Source of the DNA: an uncultured Arenicella sp.
Lineage (GTDB): Bacteria > Pseudomonadota > Gammaproteobacteria > Arenicellales > Arenicellaceae
Length of the DNA stretch: 64,000 bases
NCBI GenBank assembly: GCA_937973905.1
Contig: CALJJR010000028.1
Coordinates: forward strand, 11,675 to 75,674
Direction: 5' to 3'
Positions within the stretch are counted from its first letter, which is position 1; each line of letters opens with the position of its first letter. Under the pieces are notes generated by a model, which had not been told where the DNA came from, did no database searches, and worked only from the letters and a program-made list of their open reading frames with translations. The translations under genes were made by a program, and so were the position numbers. Positions 1 through 10,208 of the stretch are shown one piece after another.

Positions 1-26
1 CGGGATAGGTGTGAATAGAAGCCCTA

Positions 27-821
27 TTAAAACGCCAGAGCGATAATCTCAATCTTGGCCGCAGCACCATAAAGAGCACCGGCCTCGGTGTTAAGGGTAT
101 CCGGCGGAATTAAACTCGGCCACAGCTCCGCCAATGAATCAAGCACTCCAATGGCGTCTTTTTTTGTGTCATTGAGCTGCGTATCAACCCCATCTAATCC
201 TTCGATAACGTTTCGTGCAATCTTGGTAAAACCCAGAGCATCCTGATATTCATGCGCGTTTTGCATTTGTCCATCGACCACGGCAATCGCGTACTCCTCA
301 CCGGCAACTCTCAACAACTCAACGACTAAAGCTAGCCGCGCAGCCGGGCCTTGGTTGGCATTGACCACCGGTGCTTCGGTGGCGGCAATTGCTGCGGTAA
401 GCGCAGTATAAGCCGCGTCTACTTCAGCTAGCGGCGACTCATTCTCAACCGCTTGACTCAAGTTAGATAACTCAACTGAAAAACCTGGAACACCACGCGC
501 ATTAAAGGCAGGCGCTACTCCAGCATACAACTCGCTCTCGGGGTGTTTCATATGCATCTTTGCATGGTCAAAATGCCCTGCCTTATACAACTGATGCCCG
601 ACAAACAAATGCCCACGCATTAGGCCAAGTTGAGTGAGATACCCTAAGTCATCGTTTGCGAACTGATTCTCAGCTTCCCCCGTTTGAAGCGCAGCAGGTG
701 TGGCTGCCGCCGATGATTGTTGATTGACAGATTCCTTAGCTGCATCAGAAACGACTGTTTCGGTATCCGGGTTGCACGCAGTAAGTATCAAAATGCAACT
801 GGGGATAATCAGATCCCGCAT
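27..821 (-). CDS. His-rich hypothetical lipoprotein, probably iron-uptake associated
   Basis: Start refined to MRDLII (821). Lipobox ILTA-C. Motifs GHLFVGHQLYKAGHFDHAKMHMKHPESELY and HEYQDALGF. Directly downstream of the Fe(III)-binding protein gene on the same strand. Confidence 0.7.
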   Translation of the reverse strand: MRDLIIPSCILILTACNPDTETVVSDAAKESVNQQSSAAATPAALQTGEAENQFANDDLGYLTQLGLMRGHLFVGHQLYKAGHFDHAKMHMKHPESELYAGVAPAFNARGVPGFSVELSNLSQAVENESPLAEVDAAYTALTAAIAATEAPVVNANQGPAARLALVVELLRVAGEEYAIAVVDGQMQNAHEYQDALGFTKIARNVIEGLDGVDTQLNDTKKDAIGVLDSLAELWPSLIPPDTLNTEAGALYGAAAKIEIIALAF

Positions 822-868
822 CGATCGAACGTTTACAAACATTTTTTAACCTCTTAAACAGCCAGACA

Positions 869-1885
869 CTAATACCAACCAGCACGATCGAATATTTGCA
901 CCGCGGTGGCCTGATTCTCTCCCAAGGCACTCGCGTTGATCGTGTCCTCTTTAAAGCTTCCTAGGTTTTGCAACACACCCACGACCTCCGCATCACCAAC
1001 AATCGGATACTCGTGGTTGCCTTTCACGTATAGGCTTTGCGCATCAGCTTCGGTCAAATATTCCAATAGCTTGATGGCGTTATCACGATTTGGTGCGTGC
1101 TTTAACAAGCCGCCACCGCTGATATTAACGTGCGTACCGGTAGAGTCTTGGTTAGGGAAAATTATTCCAACTGCGCTGCCATCGGCGTCGTCATTGTCGA
1201 TCAGTCGTGCGATGTAATAACTGTTTACAATGGAGACACGGCATTCACCCGAGGCGACGGCGCGGATGTTGGCGGTATCATTACCTTGCGGTTTGCGGAA
1301 AAAATTCGCGACCACGGATTTGGTCCAATCTTCGGCGGCCTCTTCACCCAGATGAGAAACTAGGGAAGCGAGCAAAGAAATATTGTAAATATTTGAGGAA
1401 GAGCGCACGCAAATCTGGCCTTCGAACTCCGGCTTGGCAAGGTCTAGATAAGTATTAAGCGCCTCCGGCTCGCCATCTTCTTTTCGATAAATGATCACCC
1501 GCGCGCGTTTTGATAAGCCATACCACAAGCCATCGGGGTGACGCAGATGCGCTGGCACACGCTGATCTAGTAACTCCGAACCCGCTGGGGCAAAAATGTC
1601 GCGATCCTCAGCGCGATACAAGCGGCCTGCATCGACGGTAATCAGCAAATCGGCGGGGCTGTATTTGCCCTCATTCACAATTCGCTCAATCAAAGTATCG
1701 CTGGCCGCTTCAATTAGATTTATCTTGATGCCAGTACTCGTTTCAAAGTTCTTGTACACCTCTAAATCGGTGTCGTAGTGCCGAGCACTGTAAACGTTAA
1801 CAACCTCAGCTGCGTGGACGCTGGATGCCACACCGATAACCACCATAGATAACAACTTGGCGACACTTTGGAATCGTTTATTCAT
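869..1885 (-). CDS. fbpA: Fe(III) ABC transporter periplasmic binding protein (FbpA/FutA type)
   Basis: Signal peptide, then VNVYSARHY, SPADLLITVDAG, NIYN, and the VNSYY iron-ligand Tyr pair. Start refined to MNKRF, which overlaps the upstream stop. Confidence 0.93.
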   Translation of the reverse strand: MNKRFQSVAKLLSMVVIGVASSVHAAEVVNVYSARHYDTDLEVYKNFETSTGIKINLIEAASDTLIERIVNEGKYSPADLLITVDAGRLYRAEDRDIFAPAGSELLDQRVPAHLRHPDGLWYGLSKRARVIIYRKEDGEPEALNTYLDLAKPEFEGQICVRSSSNIYNISLLASLVSHLGEEAAEDWTKSVVANFFRKPQGNDTANIRAVASGECRVSIVNSYYIARLIDNDDADGSAVGIIFPNQDSTGTHVNISGGGLLKHAPNRDNAIKLLEYLTEADAQSLYVKGNHEYPIVGDAEVVGVLQNLGSFKEDTINASALGENQATAVQIFDRAGWY

Positions 1886-2942
1886 TAATTTCATGACCTT
1901 TATCAAAGATATAAAAACCCGAGGGGTTAGCATTCAAACTCACGCTATCGCCAAGTTCAAACTCTAATGGATGGGCAGCTAAAGCCCGTAGAGGTTGAGC
2001 ACCGGCGGTCGCATCTTGCGGCAGCAAGTGAGCGAGCCATGCCTCGCCAACGAATCGGAGATCGGTAATCCGCAACGCGCCGTGTGGATCCGGGCTCATA
2101 GTTAAGCCCTCCGGTCGCACTACGGCGCAACAAGCATTGTCCAATTTAGCCTGCGGGTACCAGTCTATTTGCACACGACCGTATTCTGATTCCACGCCGC
2201 CAGCACTGGCTTGCACCTTGATGGTTTGCGCGGCGCCAAACAATTGCGCTACTTCCACCGCGGCAGGTTGCTCAAATAGCTGCTGAGGGGTGCCGATTTG
2301 CATGATACGCCCGTGATCTAACACAGCGATCACGTCAGCCATTTCCATGGCCTCATACGGGTCGTGGGTGACCAACACTGAGGTCATGCCATTGGCTTTT
2401 AAGGTCAGGCGCGCTGCTTCACGCAAAGAACCTCGCAGCGTAACGTCGATACTTGCATAGGGTTCATCCATGAGTAACACCTGCGGCTCGGCGGCAATTG
2501 ATCGCGCTAGGGTAATGCGCTGCTGCTGGCCACCTGATAACTGGTGTGGATAGCGCTCTGCATATCCACTTAGACCGATCATGTCGAGTAACTCAGAAAC
2601 TCGAGCCTGCCTGCTTACATTAGAAGCAGCTTGAATACCGAAGGCAATATTTTCGGCGACACTCATGTTCGGAAACAACGCATTGTCTTGGAACATCAGC
2701 CCCACTGGGCGAGCCTCTGGAGGAGGATTGATTTCGGCCGAGGCGAGCAACTCGCCACCTAACTCAATTCTGCCAGCTTGCACGTTCTCTAAACCTGCAG
2801 CCAAACGCAGCAGGGTACTCTTGCCACTACCGGACGGCCCGAGCAAACAAGTAATTTGATTTGCATCAATACTTAGGTTGAGCTCGCTGAGCACCGCTGT
2901 ATCATCGTAGGCGTGCGAGACGTTGAGAAAACTGAGTGACAT
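1878..2942 (-). CDS. fbpC: Fe(III) ABC transporter ATP-binding protein
   Basis: Walker A GPSGSGKS, signature LSGGQQQR, Walker B LLMDEP, C-terminal TOBE-like region. Located between fbpA and fbpB. Confidence 0.9.
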   Translation of the reverse strand: MSLSFLNVSHAYDDTAVLSELNLSIDANQITCLLGPSGSGKSTLLRLAAGLENVQAGRIELGGELLASAEINPPPEARPVGLMFQDNALFPNMSVAENIAFGIQAASNVSRQARVSELLDMIGLSGYAERYPHQLSGGQQQRITLARSIAAEPQVLLMDEPYASIDVTLRGSLREAARLTLKANGMTSVLVTHDPYEAMEMADVIAVLDHGRIMQIGTPQQLFEQPAAVEVAQLFGAAQTIKVQASAGGVESEYGRVQIDWYPQAKLDNACCAVVRPEGLTMSPDPHGALRITDLRFVGEAWLAHLLPQDATAGAQPLRALAAHPLEFELGDSVSLNANPSGFYIFDKGHEINE

Positions 2943-2943
2943 C

Positions 2944-2989
2944 TGAGAATGAATCTCATTATACTGCTGCGAATGCGAATCATTATACT
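2944..2989. promoter_or_regulatory. Two Fur-box-like operators in the divergent fbpC/fbpB intergenic region
   Basis: TGAGAATGAATCTCATTAT (2944-2962) and GAATGCGAATCATTATACT (2971-2989) resemble the Fur consensus GATAATGATAATCATTATC. Each overlaps a minus-strand TATAAT. Confidence 0.8.
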
Positions 2990-3117
2990 TTGGAAATCAA
3001 GCAGGAATTGGATTTAGTTACAAAAATGCAGGATTTGAAGTATTTGCCAAACCAGCTCATCGGCTAATCTTCAACTAGCTAAACACCCACCGCCCGCCTT
3101 TTCCCAAACGCTCACCT

Positions 3118-4749
3118 ATGTCTGCACAAACTAACCACCCTCGATGGCTCACCGCGAGCCTAATGGTGTCGGCCATGGTCGCCGTACCCATGGTGTTTCT
3201 TATTGCAGCAATGTTTGCCCCGGGTGATTCAGCTTGGAAGCACATTCAGGAAACCTTACTCACCACTTACCTTAGCAACACCGTTTTGCTGATGCTGTTG
3301 GTTGCTCTTGGAACGATGGTAATCGGGATAGGCACAGCTTGGTTAACCGCCGCCACGGAATTTCCAGGTCGTAAATTATTATCTTGGGCATTGATATTAC
3401 CGTTGGCAGCGCCGGCTTATATCGTGGCTTACGTTTATACCGACTTACTTGATTTCAGCGGCCCGGTCCAAACTGCAATTCGAGACTTAAGCGGCCTTAA
3501 ATCTGGTGAGTATTACTTCCCACAAATAAGGTCGCTGGGCGGTGCGGCCACGGTCATCACGCTGGTCTTGTACCCCTATGTCTATCTATTAGTCAGGGTG
3601 GCATTTTTACAACGCTCCGCGACCTTGTTCGACGCCGCGCGCACACTTGGCGCTTCACCCATGCAGGCTTTCTGGCGCATCGCACTACCCGCCGCCAGAC
3701 CGGCACTGGTGGGCGGCACTGCGTTGGTGATGATGGAGACCCTAGCAGACTTTGGCGTGGTGGATTACTTTGCCGTGCCCACCTTCTCTACCGGGATTTT
3801 TCGTACCTGGTTTGCCCTGGGCAATATGGCCGCCGCGCTCAAACTCACCGCTGTGATGTTCATATTAGTAATCACTCTTGTCGCGCTAGAGAAGCTCAAC
3901 AGGCGCGATAGCGGCGCTCAATCATTCTCGCGTGATACCGAACCCGCTCGACTTCAGCTCAGCGGCATCAAAGGTTGGCTAGCGACCTTGGTGTGCGTTT
4001 TACCGGTTTTACTTGGCGCGATTATTCCTTTGGTGATTCTCATCAAGCTGGCGATAGCTACTGGCGACCCATTGGTGGGTTCCAAGTTTAGCGACTTTGT
4101 CGCGAACAGTGTTCAAGTGGCGTCATTGGCCACGGTGCTGGCGGTACTCGTCGCCCTATTGCTAACCTACGCCCAGAATATAGCGTCGAGTCGCTGGGTG
4201 GATGCATCGGTACAAGTTGCAACGCTTGGTTATGCTCTTCCTGGTGCCATGTTGGCGATCGGCTTATTTGCACCGGTGACTCAATTTGACCGTTGGCTAG
4301 TGGGCAATCTAGAACAAACGTTTGATTGGCAAGGCGGTTTAATCCTCAGTGGCGGAATCGGTATCTTGGTTTACGCTTACGTGGTGCGTTTTCTTACCGT
4401 GGCCTATAACACCACGAGTTCAGGTCTCGCGCAGATTCCTGCCGTGTATGGGCAAGCGGCGCGCAGTCTCGGGGCGACACCTGGCCGGGTAATCAAAACC
4501 ATACAAATGCCATTAATGCTCAAATCCATCGCAGTAGCGGCCATCCTAGTGTTTGTTGATACGATGCGAGAACTGCCAGCAACACTGCTGCTTAGGCCGT
4601 TTGACTTTGAAACCCTGGCCACTCGCGTTTATCGCTTGGCCAGCGATGAGAGACTCGCAGAAGCTTCCACCGCATCTTTGATCATTGTGCTGGTCGGTTT
4701 GATACCGGTGTTGTTTCTGCACCGCTTCACACAGCAAACGCCGAAATAA
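3118..4749 (+). CDS. fbpB: Fe(III) ABC transporter permease (FbpB/FutB)
   Basis: Two BPD_transp_1 halves with EAA-like loops (DAARTLGA, QAARSLGA). Motifs METLADFG and RELPATLLLRPF. Confidence 0.93.
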   Translation: MSAQTNHPRWLTASLMVSAMVAVPMVFLIAAMFAPGDSAWKHIQETLLTTYLSNTVLLMLLVALGTMVIGIGTAWLTAATEFPGRKLLSWALILPLAAPAYIVAYVYTDLLDFSGPVQTAIRDLSGLKSGEYYFPQIRSLGGAATVITLVLYPYVYLLVRVAFLQRSATLFDAARTLGASPMQAFWRIALPAARPALVGGTALVMMETLADFGVVDYFAVPTFSTGIFRTWFALGNMAAALKLTAVMFILVITLVALEKLNRRDSGAQSFSRDTEPARLQLSGIKGWLATLVCVLPVLLGAIIPLVILIKLAIATGDPLVGSKFSDFVANSVQVASLATVLAVLVALLLTYAQNIASSRWVDASVQVATLGYALPGAMLAIGLFAPVTQFDRWLVGNLEQTFDWQGGLILSGGIGILVYAYVVRFLTVAYNTTSSGLAQIPAVYGQAARSLGATPGRVIKTIQMPLMLKSIAVAAILVFVDTMRELPATLLLRPFDFETLATRVYRLASDERLAEASTASLIIVLVGLIPVLFLHRFTQQTPK

Positions 4750-4766
4750 TCCGCACTCAAATCTGG

Positions 4767-5747
4767 CTAGCTGTGCCACATGGCCAGTACCGTTTTGAGC
4801 GCACTGGCAAAGGCGATCGGCTGATCCAGCATAAGGTGATGACGCGCGTTTGGGATTCCAATAATTGGGAACGGTGGGTGGCCAAGTTGCTCAAACAACT
4901 CGTGCATATATTGATAAGAGTCTGGCGTAAATAACATGCTTTCTTGGCCATAAATCATGGCTTTGCGAATGGGCGCAGCAACTAAGCGCTCACCAATCTT
5001 ACCCCAACGTTTTTCGACCCCTTCACCGCGGCTAAATACGCGCGGATCGAACTTCCAGGTCCAGCCGCCATCTACTTGCTTGAGCGAATGGTAGGCCATG
5101 TAATCAAATAGAACCGGCTCATTCACAGCCTGAGGCGGTGAGAGCACAAAGCGTTTTTTAGCCGATTCGTAATCGGGGTAGACCCTATTTGGCTTATCGG
5201 CACGGCCGCTGCCTGGAGGCCCAAAACGCTCTCGATTAGCAGCCAAAATGCTTGGCCGGATGATCATCAAATCACAAATAATCATCCCGGCAAATTTATC
5301 CGCATGTTGATGGGCCGCGCTGGTTGCGATTAGTCCACCGAATGAATGCGCAATGATTGTTGGTTTAACCTCATGATCAAACAAACCCGTTTGCTCGGCA
5401 ACGCCCAGCAATTCCTTCACTCGGGTTTCCTCTAAATATTGCTCATGCTGGCCAGAATCTCCCATGCCTGACATATCAAAACCAACGATATGAAAGTCGT
5501 TTGCCAGATAAGGAGCAATAAATGCAAAACACCGCACATGAGCTAAAAAGCCGTGAGTTAAAAGTAGACCTGGCTTACTTGGGTCGCCCCAGCGGAAATA
5601 GTGCAATTCGCAGCCATCTACATTAACCCAGCCTTCCTCTCGAGGAACCGACAACGATTGCTGCAACCAATCAGGCACATTGGGGATTTGCTCAACAAGA
5701 TCACTGAGACCTGTTTCAAAGGTAACTTTGAGGGTGGATTGATCCAT
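4767..5747 (-). CDS. Alpha/beta-fold hydrolase
   Basis: HGF oxyanion motif, GMGDS, nucleophile elbow AHSFGG, and catalytic His in ARHHLMLDQP. Confidence 0.85.
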   Translation of the reverse strand: MDQSTLKVTFETGLSDLVEQIPNVPDWLQQSLSVPREEGWVNVDGCELHYFRWGDPSKPGLLLTHGFLAHVRCFAFIAPYLANDFHIVGFDMSGMGDSGQHEQYLEETRVKELLGVAEQTGLFDHEVKPTIIAHSFGGLIATSAAHQHADKFAGMIICDLMIIRPSILAANRERFGPPGSGRADKPNRVYPDYESAKKRFVLSPPQAVNEPVLFDYMAYHSLKQVDGGWTWKFDPRVFSRGEGVEKRWGKIGERLVAAPIRKAMIYGQESMLFTPDSYQYMHELFEQLGHPPFPIIGIPNARHHLMLDQPIAFASALKTVLAMWHS

Positions 5748-5951
5748 CTAGATGAGGGTGTACGGAGTCGTCGACACAAGGCGGTCGAACTGGCTACAGA
5801 ACAATAAGTGCAAGTGCGGCTATTGTGTCAAAACATAGAAGACAAAGTCGTAACTAAGGTGACGCGTAATAAATTCCGAACTGTCTCGGTCTCTAGGGTA
5901 TCAACAGGAAAACCAACATTTTCTTGACCCGACATTGTTAAATTTTAACTC

Positions 5952-6926
5952 ATGTATCTCTCCCACCTTACACGCTTCATTGCTCTAAGCTTATTACTCA
6001 TTGCTCTCGCTTCTTGCTCGACGTTCAAACCAGAAGATTTAAACTACTCTTCCGTACGTCCAGCCGATAAAAACTCGCCACTGAATTACGGTGTCTACAC
6101 GCCTCCCAACTGGCAACCCGGAGAACGTCTGCCTCTTATTGTGTTTTTGCATGGTGGCGGCGGCTCGCATTTAAGCTTCGAACGCTATGGCGCAAATGAG
6201 TACCTTGATACAGAAATCGTTGCTGGACGAGTAGCACGCGCGATCATCGTATTGCCCGATGGTGACAATGGTTTTTGGGAAAACTGGGCCGATGGAACAC
6301 GCAATTATCGAGACTGGGTGTTGAACGATGTTGTACCCAAAGTTCAGCAAGACTATCAAACTCTAGATTGCCCAGAACACTGCCATTTGGCGGGAATATC
6401 CATGGGCGGCTATGGCGTGCTCCGAATGGCTTACTTTGCCAAAGATCAATACTCCAGCGTGAGCGCAATTAGCGCACCGATATTCAATCGCGAACAAGCG
6501 AAGGACCACAAACCCTCTTTGTTAATCCGTCTAATCATTCCGTTCAAACGGATTTTTGGAGAAGAGTTCTCGCCTGAATTTATCCGTTCTAACCCTTACA
6601 ACGCGTGGGTAAGCGAACCTAGAATGCGTGATCTTAGACTTCAATTAATCAGAGGGTCAGACGAAAATGACCACATCATCGACTCCAACGAACGCTTTCA
6701 TGAACGTTTAAGCGAAGCGGAATTCGAGCACGAGTATTTTATTTATAAAGGTGGCCATAAATGGCGGTTTTGGGTTCCGCATTTAGGCCGAGTCGTTAAC
6801 TTTTTGGTCAACGATTCTAGCTATGCTGGTGGTTCGAGAAAGCGTGCGAGCTTTAAATCAAAAATCATTCCCATCGAAGAAGTCAGCGACACGAATTCTG
6901 AAACCAAACCAAATATCGACACTTAA
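5952..6926 (+). CDS. Esterase (enterochelin/tributyrin esterase-like) lipoprotein
   Basis: Lipobox ALAS-C, YLPP-like YTPP, LHGGGG, GISMGG nucleophile, GGHKW His. Confidence 0.8.
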   Translation: MYLSHLTRFIALSLLLIALASCSTFKPEDLNYSSVRPADKNSPLNYGVYTPPNWQPGERLPLIVFLHGGGGSHLSFERYGANEYLDTEIVAGRVARAIIVLPDGDNGFWENWADGTRNYRDWVLNDVVPKVQQDYQTLDCPEHCHLAGISMGGYGVLRMAYFAKDQYSSVSAISAPIFNREQAKDHKPSLLIRLIIPFKRIFGEEFSPEFIRSNPYNAWVSEPRMRDLRLQLIRGSDENDHIIDSNERFHERLSEAEFEHEYFIYKGGHKWRFWVPHLGRVVNFLVNDSSYAGGSRKRASFKSKIIPIEEVSDTNSETKPNIDT

Positions 6927-8455
6927 CTCACGGTTGCCACATCGGCTCCTCGCTTTGAACCTAGAGTCAGAAGCGCGGTGATGAAAATGGAGGCGATCAT
7001 TCCGAGACTGGCGCAAGTGAATGCATTGCTTGCCTGAACGCTTAACCATGCTTGATCGGATAAACCAAGCAAGCTGGATATAGCGCCGGTATGCAACAAG
7101 ATATATCCCAACGCGCCAACCATCATCCCGGCAATCGCGGCTGTCTTTGTTACCGCCGACCAGAGTGAGCCTAGCAGCAAAGGCCCACCTAATGCCGACA
7201 TCATTCCGCCAATTCCGATCCAAATAATCAAGGCAATATTTACGTCGAGCAGCATCCATGCGAGGCCTGCCGAACCGACCAAAATAACCACGGCACCGAA
7301 GCGAGATATCACTAAAACACGGCGTTCAAGCTCTTTATCGCTCAACTCAGGATGCCATCTCGGTGCGATAGTGCGTCGATAAATATCATTGGCAAACACC
7401 TGCGACGCCGAAACCACCAATCCGTCCGCGGTGGACATCACCGCCGATAAAATCGCTATGCATAATAAAGCCGCCAGCCAGGACGGCATCAGTTCAATAA
7501 ATAGTGCGGGCACGGCTTCGTTAGCAGTAAAACCATCACTCAATAATTGATCGCCAAAAATGGCTCTCGCCATTAAACCACCGAGCGCCATACAAGGCAG
7601 AATCATCGCAAACACAAAAGCCAGACTTAGAAATAATTTGCGATCACGCTCGCTCTTCAAAGCCCACAGTTTATTCCCGATGTGCGGCAACATGCCTAAG
7701 GGAACATGCGCTAAAACCAGCAAGAAGATAGTCCAAGGCGAACCAAAAATCACATGTCCAGGCCGCGTACCCTGCACTAAATCTTTACTTTGTGCAGCCA
7801 ACGCTTGAGTGACCGGAACGGTCTCACCATCGATGGTGACGCCACGCATAAACAGAAAGATTGTTAGCAAGGCAATAAAAATCATAGCGACGCCTTGCAT
7901 GCCATCAGAAATAATATCGGCATGCGCGCCACCGAGTGAGACGTAGATCAACAGCACGACCGTGGTCACGATTAATGCCCAAATCTCAGACAAACCTAAC
8001 AACCGTTCGAACATCACCAATCCAGCAACCAATTGGCCAGCCAAGTAAAACACTAATAGTAGGGAAAAGACGGCAAACGCGAGGCGAATAAATTCAGATT
8101 GATACCGGTCCCCCAGATACTCGGGAATAGATCGGCTGCCCATTTGCGCGCCGCCTTTAGACACAGCGTTCAAGCAACATAAGACGCCGATATAAGTTCC
8201 AATTGGGTAGAGAAACGGATACCACATGGCCGGCAGGCCCAATGAATAAGCCATCGCCGGCAAGCCAAGAAATGTTGCGCCGCTGGCTGTAGTTGCCGCA
8301 AAGGCAAGCGCGAGAACGACGGGGCCATAGCTTGCTCTTGCAACCGCGTAATCATCACCAGTGGCGATTTTCCGCCCGGCGAAAACGCCGATCGCCACCA
8401 TCAAGACAATGTAGGCCAGTAGGAAAATCCACGACCACACAAAAAGCTCATTCAT
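6923..8455 (-). CDS. Sodium:solute symporter (SSS family, PanF/PutP-like)
   Basis: About 13 TM helices. Motifs ASGATFLG, SIPEYLGDRY, GGAHADIISD, SAVMSTADG. Start MNELF (8455) preferred over GTG at 8467. Confidence 0.88.
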   Translation of the reverse strand: MNELFVWSWIFLLAYIVLMVAIGVFAGRKIATGDDYAVARASYGPVVLALAFAATTASGATFLGLPAMAYSLGLPAMWYPFLYPIGTYIGVLCCLNAVSKGGAQMGSRSIPEYLGDRYQSEFIRLAFAVFSLLLVFYLAGQLVAGLVMFERLLGLSEIWALIVTTVVLLIYVSLGGAHADIISDGMQGVAMIFIALLTIFLFMRGVTIDGETVPVTQALAAQSKDLVQGTRPGHVIFGSPWTIFLLVLAHVPLGMLPHIGNKLWALKSERDRKLFLSLAFVFAMILPCMALGGLMARAIFGDQLLSDGFTANEAVPALFIELMPSWLAALLCIAILSAVMSTADGLVVSASQVFANDIYRRTIAPRWHPELSDKELERRVLVISRFGAVVILVGSAGLAWMLLDVNIALIIWIGIGGMMSALGGPLLLGSLWSAVTKTAAIAGMMVGALGYILLHTGAISSLLGLSDQAWLSVQASNAFTCASLGMIASIFITALLTLGSKRGADVATVS

Positions 8456-8529
8456 TGGAAACGGCACCGGTTATTTTTTCAAGCAGTGTACCGTGTAGAG
8501 CCCAGAACGTAAAAAGAGCCTTGGTCTTC

Positions 8530-9002
8530 AACAAACTCTGCTCTATTGGCCTTATAAGAAATAACACCACCTTCTGGCCGGTCAGTGCAGCAATCTTTTT
8601 CGGCCTGAGTCGATCGTCCTTGTTTGAAGGCCTCGACGATTCAAATGTCAGTGCAAATGACGCACTCGCTATAGACCCCGCGTTAGTGACAAAAATACAA
8701 CAGCACATGGAAAAACAGAAACCGTATCTGGCGAATATTGTTACTTTAGATTAATTGGCCACTCAGCTAGAAATGTCGTCGCGCATCGCATCCACTATCA
8801 TAAACAGGTACTTAGAGCAGAACTTCTCTGAATTAATAAATCGGCACAGAAAGAAGAAGTGAAACCCCAGCTATCTAACAACGCGCTACAACGCAAAACC
8901 ATGCTCGAAGTTATAGGCGACTGCCGCTTCAACCGTAAAGCCACCTTCAATACAATTTCTGAAAAACTGGTGGGTTCTATGCCCTGTCAATTCAGGGCTC
9001 GG
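8530..9002 (+). pseudogene. Degraded C-terminal part of a membrane-anchored AraC-family regulator
   Basis: Reads KPYLANIVTLD*LATQLEMSSRIASTIINRYLEQNFSELINRHR with an in-frame TAA at 8752-8754. After a frameshift near 8851 it continues EEVKPQL...TMLEVIGDCRFNRKATFNTISEKLVGSMPCQFR, a degenerate AraC double HTH. No start or N-terminal domain. Boundaries approximate. Confidence 0.8.
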
Positions 9003-9048
9003 TCGTTGGTTTGTTGCTCGACCTTGAGCATTTTCATCAAGCCATAGT

Positions 9049-9561
9049 TTAGTAGTTTACTAGCGATAAAATTTCCGCATCTTTGATTTTATCGCGGCCA
9101 TTGAGCTCACCGAGCTCGATAACGAAAGTAAACAATTGGACATGTCCACCCACCTTATCTACCAATTGTGCAGCCGCTGCTGCGGTACCTCCGGTTGCTA
9201 GCAAGTCATCAACAATAGCAACATTATCGCCCTTTCGAATCGCCGTTTTCTGTAGCTCAATCACCGCTTCGCCGTACTCTAAGGAGTAACTCGCAGTGAC
9301 ACTTTCACCCCCTAGCTTACCGGCTTTGCGCGCCATAATAATGGGCAGTTTTAGTGCATAGCCAACGGCAGCACCAAATAAAAAACCGCGTGCGTCCAGC
9401 ACCAATATCTTGTCAATTTTATTTGCGGTTGCCGCTTGTGAAAATTGATCTACTACATAGCTAAAGGCTGCAGGGTCTTCAGTAATCGACTCGATATCTT
9501 TGAATTGAACCCCAGGCTTCGGGAAGTCTGGAATATTGCGAATGAGTGATTTTAGATCCAT
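9049..9561 (-). CDS. apt: Adenine phosphoribosyltransferase
   Basis: IPDFPKPGVQFKDI, ARGF, RKAGKL, Y-LEYG, PRPP loop VDDLLATGGT. Confidence 0.97.
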   Translation of the reverse strand: MDLKSLIRNIPDFPKPGVQFKDIESITEDPAAFSYVVDQFSQAATANKIDKILVLDARGFLFGAAVGYALKLPIIMARKAGKLGGESVTASYSLEYGEAVIELQKTAIRKGDNVAIVDDLLATGGTAAAAAQLVDKVGGHVQLFTFVIELGELNGRDKIKDAEILSLVNY

Positions 9562-9567
9562 AGGTAA

Positions 9568-10053
9568 TTATAGTTTTTTGTAGGCATCTAAGAAGCCATT
9601 TATTGAAAACGGTAACTCAACGGTCTGGCCAGCAACCGGTGCTATTGTAATCGTAGCCTGTTCTTTTTTACGCAACAGGTTGACAGTCTCTTCACTAACA
9701 ACTTCATTAACAAAGCAGCCGTCGCGAGTGCAGAATGTAATTGGAAACCCAAATTTTTGATGATCCTTGATATCCAATAGAACACCCGTTGGCAAGTAAA
9801 TACCCAGCGGCAAAATCAATGTCATCAAGGTGCCCTGCTCTTGCTTAGCAAAGTTCGCTTGCACAAGCTCAGTGCCGCTATCTTTAGCGACAATTTTAAG
9901 ACTCATGACGCAGCTCTCCGCCGTGCTATTGCGCTGCTCACAACGGACTTGCCAATCACCATAGCGCATGGTTTTGGTCGTTACCTCCACAACGTCTGTT
10001 TGCGCCCACGACGCTGCAGACCACACAGCAATCAGAACAATTAGATACCGCAT
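9568..10053 (-). CDS. Invasion-associated locus B (IalB) family exported protein
   Basis: Signal peptide, YGDWQVRC, LPLGIYLPTG, FCTRDGC, FSINGFLDAY. Confidence 0.85.
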   Translation of the reverse strand: MRYLIVLIAVWSAASWAQTDVVEVTTKTMRYGDWQVRCEQRNSTAESCVMSLKIVAKDSGTELVQANFAKQEQGTLMTLILPLGIYLPTGVLLDIKDHQKFGFPITFCTRDGCFVNEVVSEETVNLLRKKEQATITIAPVAGQTVELPFSINGFLDAYKKL

Positions 10054-10208
10054 ATCTTACCTACCCTCTTGAAAAATAACCCAGAGCATAATTCTACCGC
10101 GCATTCGGTACCCGCACAGAGGTGAGTGAAGACGACACCTAGTGAATAGATTACAAAAAGTTAATTGTATATACTTATCTATACAATAAAAACAATAGGA
10201 GCACAGAT

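Noticed and set aside
8293-8754. 153-aa ORF as an intact gene
   Set aside because: The 5' part is antisense to the SSS gene and the 3' part is the AraC pseudogene fragment.
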